Below, piece by piece: positions 28,901 to 37,132 of a stretch of DNA of 41,097 nt (the stretch's first letter is position 1; each line of letters starts with the position of its first letter). Source of the DNA: Candidatus Aminicenantes bacterium (lineage in GTDB: Bacteria > Acidobacteriota > Aminicenantia > Aminicenantales > Aminicenantaceae); contig JASFEP010000003.1 of the NCBI GenBank assembly GCA_050124775.1, positions 1 through 41,097 of the forward strand, written 5' to 3'. The notes under the pieces are model-generated. The model did not search any database, was not told the origin of the DNA, and saw nothing but the letters and a program-made list of their open reading frames with translations. Position numbers and translations under genes: made by a program.

Positions 28901-28984
28901 ATCCAACCTCTGTTGCCCAAAACCTGATGAGAGGCAGACGAAAAAAACACAAGCGAAACTGACAGCCAGATAAGATCGTCTCAT
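25943..28984 (-). CDS. TonB-dependent receptor, Oar-like, with N-terminal carboxypeptidase-regulatory-like domain
   Basis: Signal peptide; GKVVD...PLPGVTV, NQYSVDGV, VNIVTKSGGN, FQD..LTLNLGLRFD, SPRIGFSYD; terminal ...LRLTF. Confidence 0.92.
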   Translation of the reverse strand: MRRSYLAVSFACVFFVCLSSGFGQQRLDGSVIGKVVDVEDRPLPGVTVKIEGKALPYPLRFVTTETGIFRFPTLPPGDDYELTFEVLGFKSVTRSGLRVNVGKTLSVSIVMEMGGLEEDVTVVGFSPVVDVRSSKTSVNYARDFIYHIPMSRDLYDVLNSIPGAVSENVDYRRTSFISGGTVRGNQYSVDGVTINDPVVMYPMTNINIDVYEEVEFGLYGHPADVGLADGGFVNIVTKSGGNDYHGGFTAEYFNDTMTESLISQEDLKSIGMEKPMGRSSWSDISMYLGGPIARDRIWFFANGRYYTWTQDFNLVSWDDTIMSRERVYTQEQGPHEETNIFGKLTFQLTPEIRLMGMYNLANITEDYYTHRLSSYTDRTATSRWDGEKGHTLSFQVNWVTSQNYFMDIRIGYNYRYFPLPFSDYALEDAPQFWDRYWGIYRNNSRFQEEYTRKRLNPSMMVTLFADDLFGTNHEIKVGLEYEWVASKWDWWRGNPVRFDYFDGNIYSYPTSLSPNRGFVTIYTCGPTISSSIEEDSKKRFGAFFQDTLSLNERLTLNLGLRFDTSTGRFPKQSKEATADPYGILQILPGLGEQSPYGSYEFEGRNILTWTHFSPRIGFSYDIFGDGKTSIRGSWSRYNEYLMVQYFNALNPLYPRVGAWYWYDENYNKLPDADDGYEIYDLPDSPYVYDLESVLDSESSAPYTDEFTLGIERELARSFSAGITLIYKNKSNIFEDVNDYGLGKSQAWKGYRSDSPYWEEFTFNDPGDDGLFGTDDDKTSFCYAELATSPGGRHWFYTNLDVGFRKYAALQFVLNKRMSHRWQILASLVWSKAWGNIGGRYSETGGASQNYDTPNSLIFPEGRLDYDRPLNIKIQSTIILPQDFILSGYLSHLSGAPWARSVWVYIPEDKRYLFPGQGYQVITEEVGTRRTAPLTTLDLRIEKRFRISDTLLLGGYIDILNAFGWSGYKIDSDPGGYLDYRDPENPVFKRYSNYGDITAAYGSRVVKVSLRLTF

Positions 28985-28996
28985 CGCTAATCTCCC

Positions 28997-29035
28997 AAAA
29001 AAAAAGCTGTCGGGTTCACTGGAACACCCGACAGC
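28997..29035 (-). terminator. Intrinsic terminator directly upstream of the TonB receptor RBS
   Basis: GCTGTCGGGT-N10-ACCCGACAGC (10-bp perfect stem), then T9, then GGGAG and ATG 28984. Confidence 0.85.
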
Positions 29036-29210
29036 CTCTGTATTTTCAGTCAGCTGCTTAATCTGAATGATTCGTAAAATATCCTGCCAAATCCCTATGC
29101 CAAAAGCTTTCCCTTCTCTATTGGAAGACTCTTTGACCCTCTGGGTGAGCTGATCACAAAGCTTTTCGGCTCATCTATTGGCAGTATGTTTCACCCTTTG
29201 GTATTTCAAT
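28997..29210 (-). ncRNA. Candidate structured sRNA or attenuator leader (~215 nt), family not recognised
   Basis: Bounded by a sigma54 promoter and a terminator; 17-bp helix 29178-29194/29074-29090 encloses two hairpins; no long ORF. Confidence 0.55.
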
Positions 29211-29220
29211 TTTTTGGAGC

Positions 29221-29236
29221 AGCAAAAATCGTACCA
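29221..29236 (-). promoter_or_regulatory. sigma54 promoter
   Basis: TGGTACGATTTTTGCT; IHF-like TAACAATAACTTA at 29254-29266 (minus); UAS-like TGTAAA-ATTTG-TTTCAA at 29322-29338. Confidence 0.8.
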
Positions 29237-29495
29237 AATAAGGCGAAAAAATGTAAGTTATTGTTATAAAACAGGTTAGAAACTTTCCCTAGAGAGAAAA
29301 GAACCCGGATTATCCAAAAAATGTAAAATTTGTTTCAAAAAATTGAATTGATTCCTAAAAAATAGGCTGGATCCGCATAGAAATAGGGCAAGCTTTTGCA
29401 AAGTCGCCGAACCGTCGAAAAAAAAGGGAGATAAAACGGACCCCATGGAGACATTCATGCAGATGGGCAAAAAACCGAAAGGACAATCAAAGGAT

Positions 29496-29852
29496 TTAAA
29501 AGGGTTTTTTATCGAAGCGGATATTGTACCTCTTCAGCTTTTCGTTCAGCGTTGTGTATTTGATACCCAGGAATTTTGCTGCGCTTTTTTGACATCCCTT
29601 GCACTGCGAGAGGGCACGGATCAAAATACTCTTTTCCACACTGCCGATGAGTTCTTTGAAAGGCACTCTTTGCCGGATACAAAAATACTCAATGAAAAGC
29701 TCGAAGACCTCCTTACGAAAGGTTCTTTCTTTCCATTCATCGAGATACTCAGGGCTTATTTTTTCGACAGATTCCGTCTTAGAGTATGCCCTGCCGAGCG
29801 GCGCTCCAAGAGGGGGAAAAGTTTGGTCCGTCTGTAAATTTTCCGTAGCCAT
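29496..29852 (-). CDS. Stand-alone Fis-family HTH (HTH_8) protein
   Basis: VEKSILIRALSQCKGCQKSAAKFLGIKYTTLNEKLKRY; GGAG RBS. Confidence 0.85.
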   Translation of the reverse strand: MATENLQTDQTFPPLGAPLGRAYSKTESVEKISPEYLDEWKERTFRKEVFELFIEYFCIRQRVPFKELIGSVEKSILIRALSQCKGCQKSAAKFLGIKYTTLNEKLKRYNIRFDKKPF

Positions 29853-29865
29853 CGTATCTCTCCTT

Positions 29866-30057
29866 TTATCCCGTAAATTTAATTTTTTTCTTCACCTCTT
29901 CGGCCAACATGGGGAGACCATCTTGAATCTTGAGCCGATCGATCTCACCGAACCTTATGGATTCGCAGTATTTGATGAAGGAATACCAGGCGGGATGAAT
30001 GTATGTCATTCCGCTCGTCTTAATGCCTTCATCTAATCTGCGTATTCCATTCGGCAT
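29866..30057 (-). CDS. 63-aa conserved-looking small protein (YezD/DUF2292-like pattern)
   Basis: SIRFGEIDRLKIQDGLPMLAEEVKKKIKF; tightly packed between the REC and Fis genes. Confidence 0.7.
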   Translation of the reverse strand: MPNGIRRLDEGIKTSGMTYIHPAWYSFIKYCESIRFGEIDRLKIQDGLPMLAEEVKKKIKFTG

Positions 30058-30068
30058 ATCGTCTTTCC

Positions 30069-30464
30069 CTACACTCTCTTTTCATTACCGTGTTTCCCAT
30101 TCAAAAGATATTCAATGGAATGGTTGAGTGCATTGAGGTCCAAAGGCTTTACGAAAAAGTGGCCGATCGAAAGACGGTTCAATTCATCCATATCGATCAT
30201 ATCGGGAAAACCCGATATCAATATCGCCTCACCTTTGTATCCGGCTTCCCTGAACTTGGCGATCAATTCCAGCCCGCTTATATCGGGTAATTTCAAATCC
30301 GCGATGATAAGATCCACATTGGTTTTTTTGAACCGGTGCAAAGCTTCTTTCGGATCCTTTGCCAGATAGACTCTGTAATTATCATGGAGGATCATGAAGA
30401 AGGTCTTTCTGATGCTGTCGTCATCGTCTACGATCACAATTTTTTTCTCTTGCATTTTTGACAT
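30069..30464 (-). CDS. Single-domain response regulator (REC)
   Basis: IVIVDDD, LIIADLKLPDISGLE, ISG and FVKP motifs; start 30464 or 30497. Confidence 0.9.
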   Translation of the reverse strand: MSKMQEKKIVIVDDDDSIRKTFFMILHDNYRVYLAKDPKEALHRFKKTNVDLIIADLKLPDISGLELIAKFREAGYKGEAILISGFPDMIDMDELNRLSIGHFFVKPLDLNALNHSIEYLLNGKHGNEKRV

Positions 30465-30508
30465 CCTGAGTGAATTCTTCTCTCCTCCTTCAAACATTGA
30501 CTATTGTC

Positions 30509-30524
30509 TGCAGATTTCGTGCCA
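30509..30524 (-). promoter_or_regulatory. sigma54 promoter
   Basis: TGGCACGAAATCTGCA on the minus strand. Confidence 0.8.
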
Positions 30525-30590
30525 TATGGACAATTTTTTGGACTTTCTAGGGGAAAAGTATCGAGGCGGGAGGAATCCGCCAAAAAGCCA

Positions 30591-30627
30591 GGACAAATTT
30601 ATTTACATGGGGTAAAATGCGTTTACA
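30591..30627. promoter_or_regulatory. Tandem putative enhancer sites
   Basis: GGACAA-ATTTA-TTTACA (30591-30607) and GGTAAA-ATGCG-TTTACA (30611-30627), 20 bp apart. Confidence 0.65.
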
Positions 30628-30662
30628 TACCCGAAGAATATACTCTTCGGCGAAATTAACTC

Positions 30663-31997
30663 CTAGATTTTTAGATCGTATTCTTTGATCTTTTTATCGA
30701 GTGTCGGCCGGCTGATCTGCAGTACTCTACAGGTTTTGGTCTTGTTCCCCTTCATTTCTGTGAGGACATGCTGGATATAGTTCATCTCTACATCTTTAAT
30801 AGGGACAAGTTCTCTTGGAAGGGCTTTTTTCTCACTTCCCTCGAGAGGCAAGTTCTCTTCGAGAATGACGTCCCCCTTCGCCAAAATGACGGCACGGGTC
30901 AAGGCATTCTCCAGCTCTCGAACATTCCCTCGCCATGTATGCTCCTTTAATATTTTCATCACCGGAGGAGGAACTTTCCTGACATTTTTTCGGAGCTGAC
31001 TGTTGATCTTCTCCAGCAGATAAGCGACAAGCTCCGGGATGTCCTCTTTTCGCTCACGCAAAGGAGGGAGATGAATCACCACAACCTTGAGGCGGTAGTA
31101 GAGGTCCTCCCGGAAGGTTCCTTTTTCGATCAATGCCCTCAGGTCCTGGTTTGTAGCCGCGATGATCCTTGCCTCTGTTTTGAGGATTTTTTCTCCCCCG
31201 ACCTTCATAAAATCCCGTGTTTCGATCACCCGCAGCAGCTTCGACTGAAGGCTCGGTGAAACATCCCCGACCTCATCGAGAAAAAGAGTCCCCTTGCCAG
31301 CGATCTCGAACTTTCCCTTTGTCTCACATACGGCATCGGTGAAGGCCCCCTTCACGTGCCCGAAGAGCTCGCTCTCCAACAGGGTATCCGTGATGGCGGA
31401 ACAGTTGATCACGATGAAAGGCTCGCGGTTATAAGGGCTGTTGTAATGGATGGCCTTGGCGACCAATTCCTTTCCCGTACCGCTTTCTCCCTGGATAAGC
31501 ACATTCGTACGGGTCGGAGCCACAGAACCTATCAATTTGAAGATTTCCCTCATCTGGGGAGAACGGCCGATGATATTATCGATGGTGTATTCTTTCTGTT
31601 TTTCTTCGACGAGATAGCTGAGCTTATCTTCCAGATTTTGAACTTGGAAAGCTTTGGCGACGGTAAGATCCAGCTCGACATGGTCCAGAGGCTTCACCAG
31701 GTACTCGAAAGCCCCCAATTTGATGGCATCCACCGTAGTTTTCATATCGTCGTAGGCCGTCATGATAATGATCGAAGCGTTTTTATTTTTTTCTTTGATC
31801 AATCTCAACGCTTCCAGACCATCCATGTCGGGCAGCCGGATGTCGAGTATAACGAGATCTGGATTACACAGATCATACTTTTCAAGACCTTCCTTTCCAT
31901 CCTCAGCCATCAGGACTTCGAACTTATCCTTGGCGAGATGGGAGGAGAGAGTTTTTCTGATTAAAGGATCATCATCAATGATTAAGATCGATTTCAT
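30663..31997 (-). CDS. NtrC/AtoC-family sigma54-dependent response regulator (REC-AAA+-Fis HTH)
   Basis: LIIDDD, LDIRLPD; GESGTGKE, ESELFGHVKGAFTDA, LFLDEVG, FREDLYYRL, WRGNVRELEN; C-terminal HTH; ATGA overlap with the kinase gene. Confidence 0.95.
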   Translation of the reverse strand: MKSILIIDDDPLIRKTLSSHLAKDKFEVLMAEDGKEGLEKYDLCNPDLVILDIRLPDMDGLEALRLIKEKNKNASIIIMTAYDDMKTTVDAIKLGAFEYLVKPLDHVELDLTVAKAFQVQNLEDKLSYLVEEKQKEYTIDNIIGRSPQMREIFKLIGSVAPTRTNVLIQGESGTGKELVAKAIHYNSPYNREPFIVINCSAITDTLLESELFGHVKGAFTDAVCETKGKFEIAGKGTLFLDEVGDVSPSLQSKLLRVIETRDFMKVGGEKILKTEARIIAATNQDLRALIEKGTFREDLYYRLKVVVIHLPPLRERKEDIPELVAYLLEKINSQLRKNVRKVPPPVMKILKEHTWRGNVRELENALTRAVILAKGDVILEENLPLEGSEKKALPRELVPIKDVEMNYIQHVLTEMKGNKTKTCRVLQISRPTLDKKIKEYDLKI

Positions 31998-33463
31998 TGG
32001 ACTTCCCCACAAGGAATAAGGATCTCGAAACACGCTCCTTTTCCTTCTTTGTTTATGATCCGGATGGATCCATTGTGCTGTTCCACGATTTTCTTGGCAT
32101 TGGCCAGGCCCAGCCCTATGCCGGCCGACTTTGTCGTGTAAAACGGTTCAAAAATATTGTCCCACTCGGTTTCAGCAATGCCTTTCCCGTTATCGGAAAT
32201 TTCTATCCTGATCTCTTTACCCGCCTCATTTTCCCTGAGTGAGAGGATGATTTCGATCTCACCTCCCTCTTCCAACTCTTCGTAGGCATTACGGAGGATG
32301 TTGACGATCACCAATCGCATTTTATCGCCATCCACATACACGGCCGGCAACCCCGACTGATAGTCCTTCTTGACTTGAATATTTTTCAGATCCAACGAGT
32401 CGGATACCATCTTGAGCGAACTGTCTATGACCTGATCCATGGGAAAGTCACAGAAATTTAGCTCGGAAACCCTGGTGAAGTTAAGCAGTTCCTTGATGAA
32501 ATTCTCGATATGCTCGATCCCCTCCTGAGTGATATCCAGATGTCCTTTTTCGATCTCCCCCCAACATTCGCTCTCGGCGACCTTTTGGACATTGAGTTTG
32601 ACCGATGTCAAAGGATTCCTGATTTCGTGAGCGATACTGGCCGATAAGCGCCCGATGGACGCCAGTTTCTCTGCATGGACCAGCTTTTTACTGGCTTCCT
32701 CCATCCGTTTCTTGGTAAGAAGAAGCTGTTCGCTCATCACATTAAAGCTTTGCGCAAGCCCACCGAGCTCATCGCGGGATGAAAGGTCGATCCTGTGAGA
32801 AAAATCACCCTTGGAGATCCTCACTGTCCCGTCCACCAATTTTTTCAGCGACGTGGTGATGCCCCTGGATAGCAGAATCGACCCGATAATGCCGACACAA
32901 AGTCCGAGACCTGCGATCAACACCAGCTTGATATGCGTATCTCTGATCTCTGCCCGTGCCTCCTCCATAGAAAGCCCGATCTTGACAGAACCCCACCTGC
33001 GAGGAGAGCCTTCGACATAGATGGGCGCTTCGATCTCCAGCACTCGCAAGATATTACCGATTTCTGGAGCCCTGAGCTCCCTTCTTTCAGAGAAGTAATC
33101 TCCTTCAAGTTCTCTTTCGGCGAAGTTGCTATTCTGGTAGATCTCTTTATAGGTTTTGATAAATTCATTCCCGGCAAAAGGAGAGTTGTTGGCATCATAA
33201 AACACGATGTAGATCAATTTTTCGTTGATCTGTTTTTCAATATTTTCCTCGGCACCTGCAACATCCCTGAAGACCACAAACTCGTCATAATTCAACTGGA
33301 TCAGATACTGTGCTTCCAGAAAACCCCTGCTGATTTGCTCTGAATGGATAGCACTCACTTCCCGTTTTTCGATGACGAAGAAGATCAGTCCTACGAGTAC
33401 AAAAAGCAAGAGAATGACGGCAAGAATAAATTTTGTCCGCAAGCTCATCAGCAATGGCCTCAT
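31994..33463 (-). CDS. Membrane sensor histidine kinase (2 TM, HAMP, HisKA, HATPase)
   Basis: DELGGLAQSFN (HAMP), AHEIRNPL, NILRNA, DNGKGI, FEPFYTTK and GLGL motifs. Confidence 0.95.
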   Translation of the reverse strand: MRPLLMSLRTKFILAVILLLFVLVGLIFFVIEKREVSAIHSEQISRGFLEAQYLIQLNYDEFVVFRDVAGAEENIEKQINEKLIYIVFYDANNSPFAGNEFIKTYKEIYQNSNFAERELEGDYFSERRELRAPEIGNILRVLEIEAPIYVEGSPRRWGSVKIGLSMEEARAEIRDTHIKLVLIAGLGLCVGIIGSILLSRGITTSLKKLVDGTVRISKGDFSHRIDLSSRDELGGLAQSFNVMSEQLLLTKKRMEEASKKLVHAEKLASIGRLSASIAHEIRNPLTSVKLNVQKVAESECWGEIEKGHLDITQEGIEHIENFIKELLNFTRVSELNFCDFPMDQVIDSSLKMVSDSLDLKNIQVKKDYQSGLPAVYVDGDKMRLVIVNILRNAYEELEEGGEIEIILSLRENEAGKEIRIEISDNGKGIAETEWDNIFEPFYTTKSAGIGLGLANAKKIVEQHNGSIRIINKEGKGACFEILIPCGEVQ

Positions 33464-33493
33464 TACTTTATACGTAGATAAATAATAATGTTT

Positions 33494-35092
33494 TTATTTA
33501 TCAAGCCAAATCTTTTTAGCGTCTAAGTAGTAAAATCCCAGCGAGGGATACTCCACTCCGCGAACATAGGGTTGAATGGCCACTCTGTTCTGGTGAGAAA
33601 ACAAAGGAATGGCCGGGACATCCTCGAACAACACCTCTTCGATCTTGTGGAAAAGGCCGATCCTTTTTTTCCAACTCCTCTCGACTTCTGCCATCTGCAA
33701 AAGATCATCGAGCTTGGGATTGGTGTATCCAAACACATTAAAAAGGGATTTGGAATGAAAAAGAGGGCGGATCATATCCTCAGGATCAGGAAAGCTCATG
33801 TTCCTCTCGACGAAAATCATGTAGGGGGCCTTCGTTTTATGTAATTCTTTGGGGGACTCATAGAAATTCAGACGGGAGTCGATGTTGAGATTCCTGAGTT
33901 GATCCCGCAATTCTCTATAAATTTTATGTTTTTCGTCTGTTCGCGGTAATTTAAAATATACGGTAACCCGAGGGAACCGATCATTCTCAGAAAAACCCTC
34001 TCTCTCCAGCATTTCCTTGGCTTTCACCAAATTAGAGGGTTCTCCTTCATGGGGTGGAAAAAATCCCGGCAAACTGGAAGGAATATAGTTATTCGTGGCA
34101 GTACGGAGATATTTTATATCTTTGGCCGCTTCGACGATCGACTGTTTATCAAAGCCCAAAGAAAGAGCCTTCCGCACCGACGCCCGATTCAGAGGAGGAA
34201 TCCTGCAGCTTAATCCCAGAAAATAATGTGTCATCGGTCCGTCCTCGTAGAGCTGAAACTCCGAATCGAGCAATCTTCTGGACAGGATGGGGATAGCATC
34301 GATCTCTTCGTTGTAGAAGTGATCGATGGTGAACAGGGAGCAGAACTCGATCCCGTCCAGATAGGGCGGGCCTGCGAAGTATTCGGGATTGCGTTTGAGA
34401 TGAATGCCCGCGATCTCGAGCCTTGTCGTCCTTACCCAAAAATCGAACATGAAGGGACCTGTCCCCGAAGGCCTGCGGAAAAAATCTCTTCCTTCTGCGG
34501 TGGCTTTTTCGCGAGGAAGAATCTTGCAAAAATTCATGCTCATCAAATAGAGGGCTGAAACAAAGGGTTTAGTGAGCTTCATCTTGAAGGTAAAGTCATC
34601 AACGACACTGTATCCTCTGACATGGTCGGATCTCCCCTCTCGAAAATCCGCTGCACCTTCCACCCGGTTGACGAAGAATTGATAATAAGGGGAATTCGAT
34701 TCCTTGTCGAGGATCCGCTCCAGAGAATATTTGACGTCGGCGGCATCAAGCACTTCTCCATGATGGAATTTAACCCCCTTCCGCAAATAAAATGTGTAGA
34801 CCTTTTTGTCCGAAGATATCTCCCAGTATTCGGCAAGAGCCGGCTGGATGTGAAGGTTCTTGTCCAATCCCACCAAGCCGTCATAGATCTGTTCGGAAAG
34901 AAAAATGAAGGAATTCGGGCTTATCGGGTCGAGCTCCGTCCTGTAGACATCAGTGAATGATTTGAGCCGGAAAATCCCTCCGTAGTTGGGTTGAATATCC
35001 TTGCGGATGCCCGCAGATCTGGAGAGAAGGGAAGGTCCGCCCAACAGGAATAAAAGGATCACTGCAAGGAGCCACGTCAACTTTCTAGACAT
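33494..35092 (-). CDS. Family 5 (peptide/nickel-type) ABC substrate-binding protein, orphan
   Basis: IYDGLV...PALAEYWEIS, YTFYLRKGVKFH, GTGPF, VRKALS and PAIPL motifs; signal peptide; start 35092 or 35104. Confidence 0.9.
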   Translation of the reverse strand: MSRKLTWLLAVILLFLLGGPSLLSRSAGIRKDIQPNYGGIFRLKSFTDVYRTELDPISPNSFIFLSEQIYDGLVGLDKNLHIQPALAEYWEISSDKKVYTFYLRKGVKFHHGEVLDAADVKYSLERILDKESNSPYYQFFVNRVEGAADFREGRSDHVRGYSVVDDFTFKMKLTKPFVSALYLMSMNFCKILPREKATAEGRDFFRRPSGTGPFMFDFWVRTTRLEIAGIHLKRNPEYFAGPPYLDGIEFCSLFTIDHFYNEEIDAIPILSRRLLDSEFQLYEDGPMTHYFLGLSCRIPPLNRASVRKALSLGFDKQSIVEAAKDIKYLRTATNNYIPSSLPGFFPPHEGEPSNLVKAKEMLEREGFSENDRFPRVTVYFKLPRTDEKHKIYRELRDQLRNLNIDSRLNFYESPKELHKTKAPYMIFVERNMSFPDPEDMIRPLFHSKSLFNVFGYTNPKLDDLLQMAEVERSWKKRIGLFHKIEEVLFEDVPAIPLFSHQNRVAIQPYVRGVEYPSLGFYYLDAKKIWLDK

Positions 35093-35141
35093 CTTGATTT
35101 CCAATTATGATAAAAGAACACACGTCTTAAGGCAAATAAAA

Positions 35142-35157
35142 GGCAAGTTTTATGCCA
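35142..35157 (-). promoter_or_regulatory. sigma54 promoter
   Basis: TGGCATAAAACTTGCC; IHF-like TATAAATAATTTA at 35186-35198. Confidence 0.75.
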
Positions 35158-35230
35158 TTTTCAACATGACTAGTAATTTCTTTAATATAAATAATTTAGA
35201 GAGATAATGGAAGACTCGTAGAACATTTTT

Positions 35231-35247
35231 TGTAAACATTTTTTACA
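35231..35247. promoter_or_regulatory. Putative enhancer (perfect palindrome)
   Basis: TGTAAA-CATTT-TTTACA. Confidence 0.7.
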
Positions 35248-35300
35248 AAATACCCGCAATCTTTGCGCCAAGGCATGTGTTTGGGATTGAGGCTTCGATC

Positions 35301-36551
35301 TTATGAGCCTCGAGAGACCTCTATGACTCGAGTCAGAACACGCATGATGTTTTTTCCCCAGATCTTCCGTATATCCTCTTCACTGTATCCGCGCCTAAGG
35401 AGTTCTTCCGTGATGTTGGGCATCTCGCTGACATCATTACACCCTTCGACCCCCCCGCCGCCATCAAAATCCGTGCCGATACCTACATGATCCACACCGA
35501 TGAGCGCGACGACATGATCGATATGGTCGACCAACTCCTGTAAAGTGGTTGTCTCCCCGGGATATTTTTCATAGATTGCTTGGTACTCGGCATAGAGCTT
35601 GGCTCTTTCGGCTTCATCGCGGATGTCTCGTCTGGATCCATACTTCTCTCTGAGTGCATTGAGGGCGGCATCCCGCTCAGGATTGGGAGGGTGCTCTTTT
35701 ATAAAACTGGAAACGAAACAGATCTGGATGACACCGCCATTCTTGGCAAGAGCTTTCAGTTGATCATCCGTTAAGTTCCTGGGATGGTCGCAGAGATCTC
35801 TCACGCTCGAATGAGAAGCGATAATCGGGGCCTTTGTCGTTTCAATGATATCAAAGAAGGACTTTTCAGATGCGTGGGAGATATCGATCATGATACCCAA
35901 GCGGTTGCATTCGGTCACAACCTCTTTTCCGAAATCGGATAAGCCTTTATCTTCCGGGTCTCCCGAATCCGTGGATGAATCGCAGATGTCATTATCCCTT
36001 GAATGGCAAAAAGTGATATAGCGGACACCTCTATCATAGTATTTCTCGATCAGAGTCAGGTCCTTTCCAATCGGGTACCCGTTTTCCATCCCGATAAAGG
36101 CGGCCCGCTTGCCCTCTTTTTCGAACCTGTAGGCATCCTCAGGAGATGTCGCTAGAGCCACAAGCTCAGGATAGTCTGCGCACATCTTGTGGATCGCATC
36201 GAGCACGCGGAAAGCACGCTCTTTAGCGTTTTTATATCCTTCAGGAGTCCGTTCTCCCTGCCCCACAAACACAGCAAAGAATTCCGCGTCTAAACCGCCT
36301 TCTGCCATACGGGGGAGGTCGATCTTGGAGCCTCTTCTGCCTGTAGATTCATGCCGCTCTCCGATGTCCCAATCCCCGCTCAGCAGGCGAGAGGGCGTAT
36401 CCGCATGCGTATCCACCGTTAAGACTTTATCGTGAAGCTCGCTGACCCGAGCGGCAAAATCGCCATCCTTCTGCTGGGATGAACAGGCCATCATCCCATA
36501 GAACAAAAACAATAAGACGCCTCCCAAGACGATTGCGTTGTTTTTTTTCAT
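35301..36551 (-). CDS. M19 membrane dipeptidase, probable lipoprotein
   Basis: VDTHAD, GMENG, DISH, IASHS, RNLTD and GTDFDG motifs; MMAC lipobox-like signal. Confidence 0.93.
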   Translation of the reverse strand: MKKNNAIVLGGVLLFLFYGMMACSSQQKDGDFAARVSELHDKVLTVDTHADTPSRLLSGDWDIGERHESTGRRGSKIDLPRMAEGGLDAEFFAVFVGQGERTPEGYKNAKERAFRVLDAIHKMCADYPELVALATSPEDAYRFEKEGKRAAFIGMENGYPIGKDLTLIEKYYDRGVRYITFCHSRDNDICDSSTDSGDPEDKGLSDFGKEVVTECNRLGIMIDISHASEKSFFDIIETTKAPIIASHSSVRDLCDHPRNLTDDQLKALAKNGGVIQICFVSSFIKEHPPNPERDAALNALREKYGSRRDIRDEAERAKLYAEYQAIYEKYPGETTTLQELVDHIDHVVALIGVDHVGIGTDFDGGGGVEGCNDVSEMPNITEELLRRGYSEEDIRKIWGKNIMRVLTRVIEVSRGS

Positions 36552-36610
36552 GTGGGCTCCTCCCTCAGATGGCTCTCTCTATGAAGTGTTAAACGGCAGG
36601 GGCGGTCAAA

Positions 36611-37132
36611 TTACCACTTGCCATCCATCTGGAATTCTGCGCTTCCAAGCCAGAATCCTGAACGGGACACAGAATCATACTGTGCCTGGAGCAGATCGTA
36701 GTGGAATTTCTCTTCTTCGCTGATCTCCCGGAAGATCTTTTTAGCAACCGGATCGTCTGCGTCCGCCGAAGCCTGGGAAAAAAACCTGATCGCGTTTTCC
36801 TCGAGCTCCATCCCTACCCGAAGAGCCTCGACCTCTCCCTTGGCATCTTCTCTTTTCATGTTCTCTTTGAGCTTTGTGATGAGCGGCGCTTCGCCTTCCT
36901 CGACCTCATCCCTGATGTACTGCTTCCAATCGGTGCCGCCGAGGATCTTCGTGAACATCTTGCCGAAGGTTTCCAGGTGTTTCACCTCTTCATTAGCGAG
37001 GAAATAGAACATCTTTTTCCCCGTTTCGTGGCTGGTGACATCCGCTGCATGATTAAAGAACTTCCGTCCGTTTATCTCTAATTTGATGGCCTCTACGATG
37101 GCATTTTCAACCTGCTCGCTTATTTGTTTCAT
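36611..37132 (-). CDS. Ferritin-like / rubrerythrin-family di-iron protein (no rubredoxin domain)
   Basis: Two E...EExxH repeats (LE..EEVKH; LE..EEKFH); GAGGAG RBS. Confidence 0.9.
   Translation of the reverse strand: MKQISEQVENAIVEAIKLEINGRKFFNHAADVTSHETGKKMFYFLANEEVKHLETFGKMFTKILGGTDWKQYIRDEVEEGEAPLITKLKENMKREDAKGEVEALRVGMELEENAIRFFSQASADADDPVAKKIFREISEEEKFHYDLLQAQYDSVSRSGFWLGSAEFQMDGKW

Noticed and set aside
31330-31352. GAFTDA instead of GAFTGA in the activator, as a sign of sigma54 independence
   Set aside because: The critical F and T are retained, the variant is common, and sigma54 promoters surround the gene
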